From Andalucia godoyi And28 (lineage: Eukaryota > Protista > Jakobida), in the NCBI GenBank assembly GCA_009859145.1, contig VRVR01000004.1:1-64000 (forward strand): a stretch of DNA of 64,000 nucleotides, in the 5' to 3' direction. The notes under the pieces were generated by a model, which saw nothing but the letters and a program-made list of their open reading frames with translations, did not search any database and was not told where the DNA came from. Every line of letters begins with the position of its first letter. Positions within the stretch are counted from its first letter, which is position 1. The position numbers and the translations under genes are program-made. Shown here piece after piece: positions 11,401 through 21,555 of the stretch.

Positions 11401-12231
11401 GTTCAAATATTCCAGCGAAGTCAAGTTCGTTAGAAAGCTACTGTTGCATGAAAAGTTGTTCGACGCCAAATTGAGATACGAAAGAGAATTATTCACAGTG
11501 GCCTGCACTGTCGGGCAGCCAGTAAAGAAGTTCGAGGACAACGACAAGCGTTCCAAAGGATGTCCGTCACGTATGTCCCACGCAAACTCCCCCGAGAAGG
11601 TGTTCCTGTCGAGATAGACCGCCTTTGCGCTTTTGAGAGAATGAATCCAATGGCTCACCTGGCCTCCAAAATTGTTCCGAACAAGGTTGAGAAGCGTTAA
11701 ATTTGACAAGGCATCAAAATGGGAACTTGAAAGAGTTCCGTTGAGGAGATTAAAAGACACATCGATGTACGTCAAATTACGCTGCGAGGAAAATGTGAAC
11801 AGCTCTCCTTCCAAGAGATTCTTCGAGAGGTCCAGCCTTCTGAGAAAGGAGAGACCGAACAGACACACAGGCAGTCGTTTCGCCGATATTGCATTTCCGC
11901 TAAGATCGAGATTCTGCAGAACGGAAAACGTGCAAACGGAACCGGGAAACTGTCCCGCCAAGTTGTTTGACGGCAAAGACAGCTCGACGACTCGATCCGT
12001 CAATGGGTCGCAAACTACTCCATGCAGCCCCAGCGCACAGCAATTTGAAGCGGAAGCAATTGCGGATGCGTTCCAGGGCACGATCCACGTACTGCCGTTC
12101 AAGGATCCATAGATGTCCGAAAGAGCAGCACACTCATCATGCGCACTCGAGGCACTGACGATGGAAGCAAAAGGCGGCAACAACAAGGTGCAAACCAAAA
12201 AGAAATTTAGCACTATTGTGATGCCTGCCAT
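8410..12231 (-). CDS. LRR receptor-like multi-pass membrane protein (signal peptide, plant-type LRRs, Cys-rich stalk, many TM helices)
   Basis: Likely start is MAGITIVLNFFLV at 12231 (signal peptide). It has an LRR N-cap (CC...GVVCD), about 20 LxxLxLxxNxLxG repeats, CYCRPGYFG and CVPGYESRLCSRC Cys modules, then roughly 9 hydrophobic segments with FWE..KR and PY...N motifs. Confidence 0.85.
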   Translation of the reverse strand: MAGITIVLNFFLVCTLLLPPFASIVSASSAHDECAALSDIYGSLNGSTWIVPWNASAIASASNCCALGLHGVVCDPLTDRVVELSLPSNNLAGQFPGSVCTFSVLQNLDLSGNAISAKRLPVCLFGLSFLRRLDLSKNLLEGELFTFSSQRNLTYIDVSFNLLNGTLSSSHFDALSNLTLLNLVRNNFGGQVSHWIHSLKSAKAVYLDRNTFSGEFAWDIRDGHPLERLSLSSNFFTGCPTVQATVNNSLSYLNLASNNFSCNSSFLTNLTSLEYLNVAQNGFFGGLSNWVCEMRRLRVLDVKENKLSDALPQCIGNLTMLESMDVSSNLFFGQLPETLGNLQALKSLLLFANRFDGCLPASLGKLRLLERLLIHSCGLQCSLPESLGNLSRLTVLYAFGNGFSGPIPSTFGALSALKEMLLFSNQLSGPIPESLGNLSVVENLYLFSNMLTGTIPASIGLLPMLKDLQLQANYLSGSLSDYVFTAPIASLNLALNNFTGSIPHSICGLAGRLSFLYLSNNHFSEFPVCVFHALLILDVSVNRLQSFPFRAALYFPSLAVLDVSFNLLSGDFPLPLFTADARLRSLSLAYNRFQGDLPIYPCGYPDVASGTVLPINLANGLMDVDVSGNIVTGIPGYFDFNACARCQIPYASLSILRMSSSAIPLQFPSKYVTFGNRSCLVASAPLSYFLPFFRGLKLLDLSNNSLGGDLQLLFDNVPLLNGVDIRNNPSANLSALAKDRITTLFTFSSSSAYPYSKEMTCFMPVTASGRLQLLTDPSFFFYKNCYCRPGYFGKPPHCRPCLSSHASCSFASDSDASLLPPLETWSESGNVLANDGYFASPETAVHLMKTDTAYPQTVEICANAGSSLTPCKASHSASCVPGYESRLCSRCSRLYFKSGDRCVRCPEGVGLIFFGIAIVCVISVIFVWSYFVGSSSSGIVKILIFFLQTLSFCKVPMPEGLYLLTQNSSSSMMGSIPGPECFIDGWDFERSFITALLIPPFLCLATALIYCIGCLKIVCASSTGGMTKWKDTCTRSLLFLYAFFFVNTVNNVLPPLACANDSGDGNRYIISVPHALCEDWVQTSAGIGFAVYVVCIPFVFCIHVWKSGVLSGNPNVATAAVARQRFICSFFFAPYRNDCRFWEVLVYMKRVIVVSAFAAVSPLSAFRIFLLGFIFTACVVLQSAFLPYKNRWDNVLDVCSVALLSWNMMLKLQSDAIGVVDTNSMGIVIFCINLVFTAMLCTILLRRIFSQLKRRHAVHVQIVPGYTMFVKGP

Positions 12232-12639
12232 GAGACTTTCGCCACCAGGGCAGCTAGTTCTTTCCAGTCCCTGCTTACGCAACAACAGCGTCGTGTTGGA
12301 GAAGAAAGGATTGGGGAGAGCTGGGAAACAGGAACAAACCGGGAGAGAGTGCCCTGGAGACTGCTTTCTCGTTGCGTTTTTGGCAAACTGCTTGCATGGT
12401 CTGACATTTGCTGGTCATGCTTCCCCGCATGCATCCACGATGTTCTCTTCCCCATGGTACGCATGCGGAGCAGCCTATGGGGGAGCACAATTTCCCACGG
12501 CGATGTTTTTTTTGTTTTTTTTTCATTTATTCATTTTTTTTTTTTAAATTTTTTTTTTTCTTGTTTTGTTTACGAGGCACTTCTAATTGAATTTCGCCAT
12601 GTCATGTACAGAACTGACTGAGGACAAGGGATGCAATGA

Positions 12640-14111
12640 TTACGGATGTTGAAGCCCCAAAAGACCGGGCCCCTGCAGTGATTGTTGAAGAACCTGGTGC
12701 TGCTGGGGACCAGTGCCTTGTTGCGGCTTTGCAAACTTCAACTCTTCAAGCTGATCATACATCAGTAAAAAGTTCTCTTTTCGGGACTTCTCCCAGCGGT
12801 GAGGATCAAAGACAATATATGATCCGCGCTCAAATGTCGAACTCTTGACTGTAGGATCGGTGCGAGGGGCTCTTGAAATCCACTGCTTGAGCTGCTTGTG
12901 GTACCTCCATTTCCTATTGTACAATTCCTGAGCAGCTGCCGCCTGCAGCAAATCCCTTGGCATGGCGTAGAATATGAAAAACAACGTCTCCAATGCAAAC
13001 TTTTGGAAATTCTGCGGTCGAAGGGCAGGCGGGCTCATTCGATAGCACGCTGGCACCTTGAAGTTCTTCTGACTCGGTGAGGTCTCGATCCAGGGAGACA
13101 GAAATGATTTGAAGAGCGGTTCTTGTGAGCCCAGATTGAGACCAAGCTGAGTCAGATCCAACCCGAGTGAAATCATCGACAAGTCCGGCTTGGACATTGA
13201 AAGAATCTCCAACAATCCCAGAAGTCCATACGTTTCTAATTCTGATTTCGGTTGCGTCGTGAGATTCGAAGACGTAGCAGAATTGCCTCCTCCCGAAGAA
13301 ATCGAGCCTGAAGATGCGTTTCCGAGGACGCTTCCAGCAGGGCTGACTCCTACTCCTACTCCAGCTCCAGCCCCAACGCCCATGGCCATGCCCATGGCCA
13401 AACCAACCCCGAGACCAGAACCGACCGCAGCACCAAGTCCTGTAGTAGGAGGGGCACCGACGCCCACCGCCAACGACGGACCAGGTGGAGGAGACATCGG
13501 GGAGATGATTTGTGGAGACGGTGAAGACGGCACCGAAGAAGGTCCGGATGACAGACCCGAGGCACCCCGCGAAGGTACAGATGCAGAAACGGTTTGCATC
13601 GGCTGTCCAAGTGAGCTACCATGATGGGTATGGAACGGACCAAGTGCAGGAAATTCTGCTTCATCTGCAATCGAAAAGGAAGGACCCGGTGGCAAACCCA
13701 TGTTCATGATACCAGAGGCGACTTGGCCTCGAAAATCAGGGAAATCCGAGCCATCGAACGAGCTTTGTTGCACAGGAACCGCAGACATGGGATGGGCAAA
13801 CATGGGCGGGCCCGCATAGCCATATGGCGGCTGTTGATACGTCGGCCTATTTGGTTGAGAATCTGTATATTTCAAAGTAGAAAAGAAGAAAAATTAAATA
13901 ATGAAGAAAAATATTAAAACACAAAAACACAAATAAACATCAGCACGCGTGTAAGCTGAAACCCGTAGGGCATGCAACAGAAAAAGGAGATCAAGGATCG
14001 AATCGAATGAAGAGGACGATAAGGAGGCATACAAGAGCCCATAGGGAATGGGCCGGATTGTGGATTCTGAGAAACCCCCGGGAAAGGGGCCCCCGACATC
14101 CGGAAATCCAT
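12640..14111 (-). CDS. CNOT2: CCR4-NOT subunit 2 (NOT2/3/5 domain), two exons
   Basis: NOT box ETLFFIFYAMPRD...LYNRKWRYHK...FDP..WEK. Predicted exon 1 is 14111-14033 (MDFRMSGAPF...). A GTATGC..ATACAG intron spans 14032-13863, and its phase-1 junction restores the frame into exon 2 (13862-12640). Confidence 0.9.
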
Positions 14112-14198
14112 GTGATTCAGTCAACAGTGATATTCTAGGCAGCGCTTGAATGGAAGCTTTTTTCGGAAAGAGTGCAGAAAGATGTGCAGTCGCAAGCC

Positions 14199-14370
<172 letters not shown>

Positions 14371-14845
14371 AAGAAAAGAAGAAGGAATTAAAGAAGAATA
14401 CAGAGACTGTGTGAGAGAGAAACCTGAGCAGAAGAGAAGACAAGGAGACCAAAACAAAGGACACAGAAACATGTCCGGAAAAAACCTGACCGAGAATCAC
14501 TTGATCCTACAGGAAAAGAAAAAAAGAATGAAATAGATGAGGCAAGAAAACACTGCAGTGCAGCCGCTCTCGAATGACCGCTTTTTACACCATCTGCACC
14601 AGCAGGGTCACGGAAAGTAAGAAAAGAGGAAGCAAGCACCAAACCAGAAAAGAAAAAGGAGAGGAGGGAAACAATTTTATGGAAGCGCCCTCCCAGTTCA
14701 GGTGAACTGGTTCTTCACGTTGCACGACGAAAGCCAGATAGAGAGAGGCCAATATGACCTTGCAAGGATTGTCCAACGAACGGCACACAAAGCTGGTGAG
14801 GCGCGTGGAGCTGCGCTTCGCGTATCAGCAAAAAGGCACAGCCGC

Positions 14846-14878
14846 ATGCAATCCTACTCAGCCCGCTGTTTAGTGGGG

Positions 14879-14917
<39 letters not shown>

Positions 14918-15100
14918 TCCCCCCTTGCCTGCTCTGGTTCTCAAGGAACGCCAGCAGAGACGGCGCAACAAAGTATAAATTACGCGGAAGAGAATGTTTT
15001 TTCCACAGAAGCAAGAAACGAGTATAAACTAGGTCGTCATGCCACCACGCCGTCAAAAATATGCCAAAAGTATGATTTTCCGACGATCTGTCTCCGGTGA
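14846..15100 (+). CDS. Putative small secreted or membrane-anchored protein (84 aa)
   Basis: MQSYSARCLVG(L)12FSPLACSG is signal-peptide-like, followed by a polar region and C-terminal ICQKYDFPTICLR. The stop lies 8 nt from the TACO1 stop. The Leu run is a TTG repeat, so the signal peptide could be fortuitous. Confidence 0.4.
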
Positions 15101-15108
15101 CCAGATTC

Positions 15109-15909
15109 TTACGAATCTTGTGACGCATTGTGAAACACGTGCTGAACATCGTCCAGGTCTTCGAGCGCATCCAGGAACTTGGAGACAAGCTCTCGCTGCT
15201 CACCCTCTGGAATCGTCATGTACGTCTGAGGAATGTACGCGAGTTCTCCCATAAAAGCTCCGCTGATCTTCTCGAGTGTTTGTGCAATCCGTGCGTAGTC
15301 CGAGGGCGCGCCACGTACTTCAATCATATCGTCCTCTTCATAGTACTCAAAAAAGTCGGCTCCAACATCAAGCGAGGCTTCCAACACTTGATCTGTGTTT
15401 GCATCTTTGATCTTCTTCGAGACATCTTCCAGCGTGAACACGGCTTTGCGATCGAACATCCATGCCACCGATCCTTGTGATCCGATGGCACCACCAAGCT
15501 TAGAAAACACATGTCGCACTTGCGGCGCTGTCCGATTTCGGTTGTCTGTAAGTGCTTCAATCATCACTGCGATTCCAGCAGGCCCGTGGCCCTCATACAT
15601 CACTTGCTCAAACACGACACCGCCTTCCCGGTCGCCAGCTGCCTTCCGCACGGCCTTGTCAATGTTGTCCTTTGGCATATTGGAGTTCCGCGCCCGTGAT
15701 ATCGCAGCCCCGAGACGCAGATTCATGATGGGGTCAATGCCACCTTCGCGCGCTGCAGCCGTGATTTCCGTGGACAGTTTTGTAAAAATCTGCGAGCGCT
15801 TCGCATCCGCTGCAGCCTTCTGGTGACGTATATTATGCCATTTCGAGTGTCCTGCACACAGTGGAGGCGTGGAGCGGAACCCCAAGGGGCGCAAAAAACG
15901 AAACAGCAT
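15109..15909 (-). CDS. TACO1: YebC/PmpR-family protein, mitochondrial translational activator TACO1
   Basis: A presequence-like MLFRFLRPLGFRS precedes AGHSKW, NMPKDNI, YEGHGPAG..EALTDNRNRT and LEDLDDVQHVFHN. Confidence 0.92.
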   Translation of the reverse strand: MLFRFLRPLGFRSTPPLCAGHSKWHNIRHQKAAADAKRSQIFTKLSTEITAAAREGGIDPIMNLRLGAAISRARNSNMPKDNIDKAVRKAAGDREGGVVFEQVMYEGHGPAGIAVMIEALTDNRNRTAPQVRHVFSKLGGAIGSQGSVAWMFDRKAVFTLEDVSKKIKDANTDQVLEASLDVGADFFEYYEEDDMIEVRGAPSDYARIAQTLEKISGAFMGELAYIPQTYMTIPEGEQRELVSKFLDALEDLDDVQHVFHNASQDS

Positions 15910-16249
15910 TCTGCACAACGGATTCAACCACGTTTCTCGGTGGCCTCGGAGAAGGAAAATACAGACCGCAGCACAAGGAGACAAGACGCCTGGTCTGTGC
16001 AGCGGGGTGTGTGTCAGAGAATGTGGGCGGCGTAGGAAGGCAGGGTTTTATTTGGTTTTGCAGCCTCACGTGAACCTACTACCCTCACCGTCCTTCGCTC
16101 TCGAAACGGTGGCAAAAAAGGGAAATTCGTGACAACGACTTTGGATTGCCTACGAGTGCATAACCTTCGCAGACTTCCTCCCTGTACGTCCTTGTTGTCG
16201 GTTTCAGTTTCAGTTCCTGTTTTTAGGCGGCGCTGCGTGTTTGAAAACC

Positions 16250-16606
16250 ATGGATTCTTCGTCTGTCGAGTCGCTGCTTGGTCGCTTTGCACACACATCT
16301 GCAGTCTTGTTTTCAGATCGCGACGGATCCATTCTCGCAAAGGCCGGCGAAACTCCGCAGGATTTACTTGCGGCCCCGTTGTCCGCCACCGGACTTGCGG
16401 ACCAAGTTGCACGGTTGGAGAAAGGTGGCTTGCAGTCTGCCATTTTATTTACCACAGGTCATACCATTGTGCATATTTTTGGTAGTGCTGCCACTGGCGG
16501 ACTCGTGACCTTTGTCGGAGATGCTGCTCTGAACGCTGGACTATTGCTTGCGCAGAAGTCCCAACTGCTGAACGCACTTTCACAAATCATCGGTCGGGAT
16601 GAATAA
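16250..16606 (+). CDS. LAMTOR3: Ragulator subunit LAMTOR3/MP1-like roadblock protein
   Basis: 118 aa. SDRDG, DQVARL and LNAGLLL match the LAMTOR3 motifs SDRDG, DQGSKL and ANTGLI. Confidence 0.75.
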   Translation: MDSSSVESLLGRFAHTSAVLFSDRDGSILAKAGETPQDLLAAPLSATGLADQVARLEKGGLQSAILFTTGHTIVHIFGSAATGGLVTFVGDAALNAGLLLAQKSQLLNALSQIIGRDE

Positions 16607-16820
16607 ATAGAATTGCTCGGATTGCATTTAAGGGTGTTCCTGTCTTTGTTTTAACATGTTTCTTTATTTTGTTTTGTGAAAATGCGTCCCCGATTCTCTT
16701 ATCCAAACCTCGCTCGACTTCCATCACTTCCCCAAGTTGCTTTGTTCAGAATGTTTTTTTTTTTTAATTTTTAATTTTTTAAATTAAAATTCATTTCATG
16801 CCCCTTGTACTAGGAAAGAG

Positions 16821-19184
16821 ATGGTTGTTTCCATGGCAACGCACATTCTTGACTTGAAAAATAGTCGATTTCCAGTTGTGGAGTTGTGCAACGCAGACAG
16901 CAAAGTCATGATCGCAGATGGAGACCATTTGGTGCAGTTTCTGTGGGATCGCTGCCATTCGCCTTTTGATGCTGTTTGCGGCGGGAACATCCCGGCATTT
17001 CTGCAAGCAGCTCAGATCTTCCTGGATGTCCTCGTGCAAACATGCCGGTTTGACTATGTTGACATTGTTTTTGGAGGATTCACTCCTTCGCGGCTTTCCG
17101 GCTGTGATAGATCAGCGTCTGCTTTTGTCTCTCTTTGTGCATCGATCATTGGGAAAAGAGAGCCTCGTTTACCCGTTCATTTCAATCCACAGCCGTGCTT
17201 TGCAGTGTCCCTTCTCATTTCGCTGTGTCAACAGCGGCCAGACGCACACAAGCTCCGATTGTTCTATGCAGAAGGCGGTTCCTCACGGTTGGCGGCGCAG
17301 CGATGCAAGACGGAGTGCGCGTATGCTGTATTGTCCGACGACACGGATCTAGTACTGCTCAATGCCCCTCTCATTCGATTCTGTACTCTTCGCTGTGCAA
17401 AACTCGAAGAGATGTTTGGAAACAGCGATTCCGATCTCCTGCCCCCCGGACTAATTCGGCACTCGGATGCTGCGGATTATGAAGGACCAGGCATCCGTGG
17501 AGCGCTGGTGCTTCGAGGTCGTCTAATGCTTCCCGATGCGTTTTGCCGGCTTGTCAATTTGAATAGTCCTTCCTTGCTACCGCTATGGGCCTCTCTGCAA
17601 CACAACGATTTCCTGGGAGGGGACACGGGGAGAGAGGACAGCCTAGGCATGGTTCATGCTCGCATCCGAGATTTTGCCCCACAGCACACAGCCATATCCA
17701 TTGCAACCGGTGAACTGCTCCAGCATCTGTCTCTGCAGTATGCAGCGACTGTCGACGGCGTCATTGCATGGGCCTTTCCTCATTTTGATCATCAGAGACG
17801 ACTCATGGACAAGTCCAACGAAACGCAAGACCAAGCGGACCCCTTGTCTGCGGCACGGGTTCTCTTTGCCGAAAAATTTCGGTCTGCTTACAGCTACTAT
17901 ACCCATATTCCGTCCTTTCGAAGTTTAAGTGGAACAAAAGGAGATGCGGTTACCATGATGCTGCTTGCGCAGAAGATTGTGTTGTGCCCTGCGCTACCTC
18001 AGGCCTCAGCTCCGAACTGGTTTCCGTTCGAAAGACTTCTCCCAATCCGAGGGAGGCTCTATGCAATGTGGGAGTTCTCCCTGCTGCAGCATTTTTCCGT
18101 TCCTGCACCGCTTGCGGTTACCGAGTATCGGCAAGGAGCTCTCAGCTTTGAAGGCCACACGGTAGATGCAGATGTGCAGCAGACAGCTTATCGAGCGGAA
18201 ATTGACTCTGTCATCCGCGCTGTCACCGATGGACAAACTCCCACGTTGACTGCACATGACCAAGCGATGCTGGTCCTCTTTGGAATGAGCGACAATCTTT
18301 TTTTGAGGATGCGCTCATCAGTTGAGTTGGAGAACATGCTGCTAACAGCGATGCCCAATGCAGGATCACGAAAATCTCAACTGGAACAGTGTGCACTGAT
18401 TCTGGTCGCACTCTGTGCTCTTTCCGGGATATTGGCGGTGGAAGAGTGCATTTGCATTTCAGTGTTTTTCGCTTCATCTGTGCGACGTTTGTTGCTGCAT
18501 AATGAAGCAACGGATGGCACATCATTGCCATGTGTTTCGAGATGGCAAGATGAGGATATAGTATCGCTCGAGAGCCGTCATTTTCAGACCAGCTCCGTTG
18601 TACAGTCTGTGATTTGGCATGTGCAGCTTGTGAATCACTCGTTCGGTAATCCATTTGGGACTGTTCTGCATGAGTTTTTGTCCAGTTTGTCTTTTTCGTT
18701 GCTCGTTCGGATCCTTGCTGCACACAGCGGCGGTCGTCGGCTGCTGGACCTGGGCATCGCAGAAGTAGACGGCTGCAATGATGCTGTCACTGGTCTTCAG
18801 TGGTTCTTTAATTTGGAAAAGTCGTTTTACAAGGAGATCTCCACGCCTGTGTTTCCCATTCCGGATTCGCTGGAGGTCCAGCGCCGCCGCACAACTGCGC
18901 CACCGCAGTCTGTGATTCGAGGCAGAAGCTCTGCCCCCCACTGCAGTTCTCGTGGGTCCACTAGGAGGCTGGGAGCCAATGCGCGGACCTCGACGGGAAC
19001 CGAGGGACAAACGGCTGGCGTTGAGCCCCTCCATTCTTCTGCAGTTCGATCGACCTTCCGTGCGACGTCCCGTCCCATTAGGAGATCATTCTATAGCGGC
19101 TCATCACCCGGTACTCGGGGATCGTACAATGCGAGGTCCGCCACGAGAGGAGCACGAGGCGGATGGAGGACGAGTCGGTCGTAA
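16821..19184 (+). CDS. Asteroid/FAM120-like PIN (XPG-type) domain protein with an RG-rich tail
   Basis: 787-aa ORF with IADGDHL, xGGN, VFGG, AEGG, VLSDDTD and LWASLQHND spaced like the ASTE1/FAM120 PIN motifs. The C-terminus is Arg/Gly-rich. Confidence 0.6.
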   Translation: MVVSMATHILDLKNSRFPVVELCNADSKVMIADGDHLVQFLWDRCHSPFDAVCGGNIPAFLQAAQIFLDVLVQTCRFDYVDIVFGGFTPSRLSGCDRSASAFVSLCASIIGKREPRLPVHFNPQPCFAVSLLISLCQQRPDAHKLRLFYAEGGSSRLAAQRCKTECAYAVLSDDTDLVLLNAPLIRFCTLRCAKLEEMFGNSDSDLLPPGLIRHSDAADYEGPGIRGALVLRGRLMLPDAFCRLVNLNSPSLLPLWASLQHNDFLGGDTGREDSLGMVHARIRDFAPQHTAISIATGELLQHLSLQYAATVDGVIAWAFPHFDHQRRLMDKSNETQDQADPLSAARVLFAEKFRSAYSYYTHIPSFRSLSGTKGDAVTMMLLAQKIVLCPALPQASAPNWFPFERLLPIRGRLYAMWEFSLLQHFSVPAPLAVTEYRQGALSFEGHTVDADVQQTAYRAEIDSVIRAVTDGQTPTLTAHDQAMLVLFGMSDNLFLRMRSSVELENMLLTAMPNAGSRKSQLEQCALILVALCALSGILAVEECICISVFFASSVRRLLLHNEATDGTSLPCVSRWQDEDIVSLESRHFQTSSVVQSVIWHVQLVNHSFGNPFGTVLHEFLSSLSFSLLVRILAAHSGGRRLLDLGIAEVDGCNDAVTGLQWFFNLEKSFYKEISTPVFPIPDSLEVQRRRTTAPPQSVIRGRSSAPHCSSRGSTRRLGANARTSTGTEGQTAGVEPLHSSAVRSTFRATSRPIRRSFYSGSSPGTRGSYNARSATRGARGGWRTSRS

Positions 19185-19590
19185 TTATGAATAATTTAAA
19201 CAAAGCAAACAAAACCAAACTAAAGGAAGAAAAAGAGGCGCTGATCAACGGCTGTAGTATAACCCCGCCGCACCGAAAAAGGAATCAAAACGTCTCTCCG
19301 ATGTCAGAACCATACAAAAAAAAGGCGTCAGTCTCGCTGACAGTCTGATCGGATCAATCAAAAACGGAGAGGTCAATCATTTTGAAAGTCGGAAAACCAC
19401 TTGCTCAAAGCGTTGACGCACGATTGACCATTGCTTTTTCTGCCGTCCTTGCAAAGGCTGCACTTTTCAGTTTCTCTCTCATTTTTTCTTTTCTTTTCTT
19501 CTCTTTTCCTCAGATCCATATTGCAAATCTTTTTTTTTTTGATTTCCAACTCGAGTTGCTCAACGCTTTCACAAGCAAACAAGCAAGAAA

Positions 19591-20538
19591 ATGTCTTACG
19601 TACCTCCCGGCGCTTCTCGTGAACATCATTTCGCAGACGTCAATGAACGTGCTGCCGTTGAAGAGAAGTATATCAAGGACTGCAAGCTGCAGGCTGTGAT
19701 CAACTCTCTTTCTGGTGGCATTGACTCTACTACCTCGGCACTCATTGCCAAGAAGTCGTGCCCCAATGGAGCGATCGGAATCATCCTTCCGTGCTCTTCC
19801 GAGGACGAACTTAAAGGCGAGCGTCTGAAGGATATTGTTGATGCACATCGCGTTGCAGATCATCTCAACATGCCTGTTGTGGAAGTGAATTTGTCCTCTC
19901 TCTGGAAAGCAATGGCAGATACGTACGCCAAGGCAGCCCGTGAAATGTCGGAAAAGTCGGGCCTTCCTCTGGACGAGAAGAAGCTCAACTGGGCCATCAA
20001 TAACCTGAAGCCCACGCTCCGCTTGTCGTGCGGAGGCTTCTTTGCAGATGCCTTTGGAGGCATCACGCAGGGCACGGACAATGCAGTGGAGAATTTTTTG
20101 GGATACTTCTCTATTCGTGGAGACGGAATTGCCGATCGTCAACCGATTCGCGATTGCACCAAGGCCGAAGTTCGACAGATTGCCCAGACTGGCGGCTTCC
20201 CGGAGGATCTTGTTACCCGCATTCCAACTGCCGGTTTGTGGCCCGGACAAACGGACGAGGGCGAGCTTGGATTCAAGTATGATGAAGCCGACGCATTCTT
20301 GGTGTGGGTCCTTGAGCGCCATGTGGAAGCGACACAGAACTCCAAGAGCGCAGCAGGATGGTTGGATGATACCATGACCGTCATCCCCGAGGCCATCGAT
20401 GCGATCCTTGCGCATTCATCGCTTCCTGTTGCCCCGGAGTCTGCCAAGAAGATCATTGCACAGAACAGAAAGACCCAGTTCAAGCGCAAGTCCCACGACC
20501 TGCAGATCATTCTCCAGAAGCGCAAGCTCATTGCATAA
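19591..20538 (+). CDS. nadE: NH3-dependent NAD+ synthetase (single domain, no glutaminase)
   Basis: SLSGGIDST PP-loop, GTDN...GYF...GDG.AD..PI..TKAEVR and PTAGLWPGQTDEGELGFKY. It is 315 aa with no nitrilase-type domain. Confidence 0.92.
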   Translation: MSYVPPGASREHHFADVNERAAVEEKYIKDCKLQAVINSLSGGIDSTTSALIAKKSCPNGAIGIILPCSSEDELKGERLKDIVDAHRVADHLNMPVVEVNLSSLWKAMADTYAKAAREMSEKSGLPLDEKKLNWAINNLKPTLRLSCGGFFADAFGGITQGTDNAVENFLGYFSIRGDGIADRQPIRDCTKAEVRQIAQTGGFPEDLVTRIPTAGLWPGQTDEGELGFKYDEADAFLVWVLERHVEATQNSKSAAGWLDDTMTVIPEAIDAILAHSSLPVAPESAKKIIAQNRKTQFKRKSHDLQIILQKRKLIA

Positions 20539-20937
20539 AGTTGCAAATTCATTTCCACTCACTCTGCCCAAGTGGTATCAAGACATGCCCTATATTATTT
20601 TTATTTTAAAGAAACACAATCCAGACAATCGCCATGCTTTCTTGCACTGATGGAAGCGTCCAAAAACAATGTTAAAAATTAATATATACAAACGTTGCAT
20701 CGCACTCCGCCGACTGTCCATCATAAACTGTTGTAGGCTTTCCCAGAGCGAAAGGTCTTTCTCAAGGGTTTTTTCCCATTGCTTTTTCTATATATATATA
20801 TATTTTTTGCTTTCTTCAATATTAGTATCCTTTTTTATATAATTTTAAATTAAATAATTCAGCGTATCTTTTCCCTCTCTCTCTCTCTCTCCCTAGCTTC
20901 TGTTTCTGGTGCAGCGTGCGTCGCAGAAGGCAAAGAA

Positions 20938-21555
20938 ATGTCCGTGGTGCGATCGACTGCTTTTTCGCTGAACCGACTGGTTCCCAATGAAGGGTCTCAT
21001 GCGGGGCGGATGCGTGTTGGACGAGGTATGGGGTCCGGCAAAGGAAAGCAATGCGGTCGCGGAGGCAAAGGCCAGACTGCGCGCGTGGGGCGCTCAAAGC
21101 CGCGCATTGGCTTCGAGGGCGGACAGACGCCGCTGTTTAAGCGAGTTGGAAAGTTTGGATTTGATAACCCGACACGCCTGGAGTATGTTCCGGTGAATCT
21201 GGGAGACATCAAGGTCGCGATTTCGCGGGGTCGTCTGGACGATACAAAGCCTATCAATCAGTACACGCTTGCGCAGGCAGGACTTATTGCCAAGAACACG
21301 CAATGGCCGGGTGTCAAGCTGCTTGCAGATGGCCACGAATGGTTTGATAGGCCAATCCAAATTACCATTCCGCGTGCGTCGACCAAGGCGATCGAGGTTG
21401 TGCAGAAAACGGGGGGAAATGTTCAGGTCGAGTATGCCGCTCGACAGGCGATGAGGCAGCTCATGCAAGAAGGCGAGATTACTGGTGCACAGGGAACTCC
21501 AGTTCCTAGTATGCAACAATACTACGCGGGAGTGCAAGCATCGAAATCCGCTTGA
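20938..21555 (+). CDS. MRPL15: Mitochondrial ribosomal protein uL15m
   Basis: RVGRGMGSGKGKQCGRGGKGQTAR, GFEGGQTPL, VNLGDI, GVKLLADG and ASTKAIEVVQKTGG. Confidence 0.9.
   Translation: MSVVRSTAFSLNRLVPNEGSHAGRMRVGRGMGSGKGKQCGRGGKGQTARVGRSKPRIGFEGGQTPLFKRVGKFGFDNPTRLEYVPVNLGDIKVAISRGRLDDTKPINQYTLAQAGLIAKNTQWPGVKLLADGHEWFDRPIQITIPRASTKAIEVVQKTGGNVQVEYAARQAMRQLMQEGEITGAQGTPVPSMQQYYAGVQASKSA

Noticed and set aside
19510-20415. 301-aa minus-strand ORF
   Set aside because: It is the antisense shadow of nadE and has no recognisable motifs. The same applies to 22932-23519, 23523-24395, 28708-29472, 32169-32921 and 58669-59271, which lie opposite well-supported genes.
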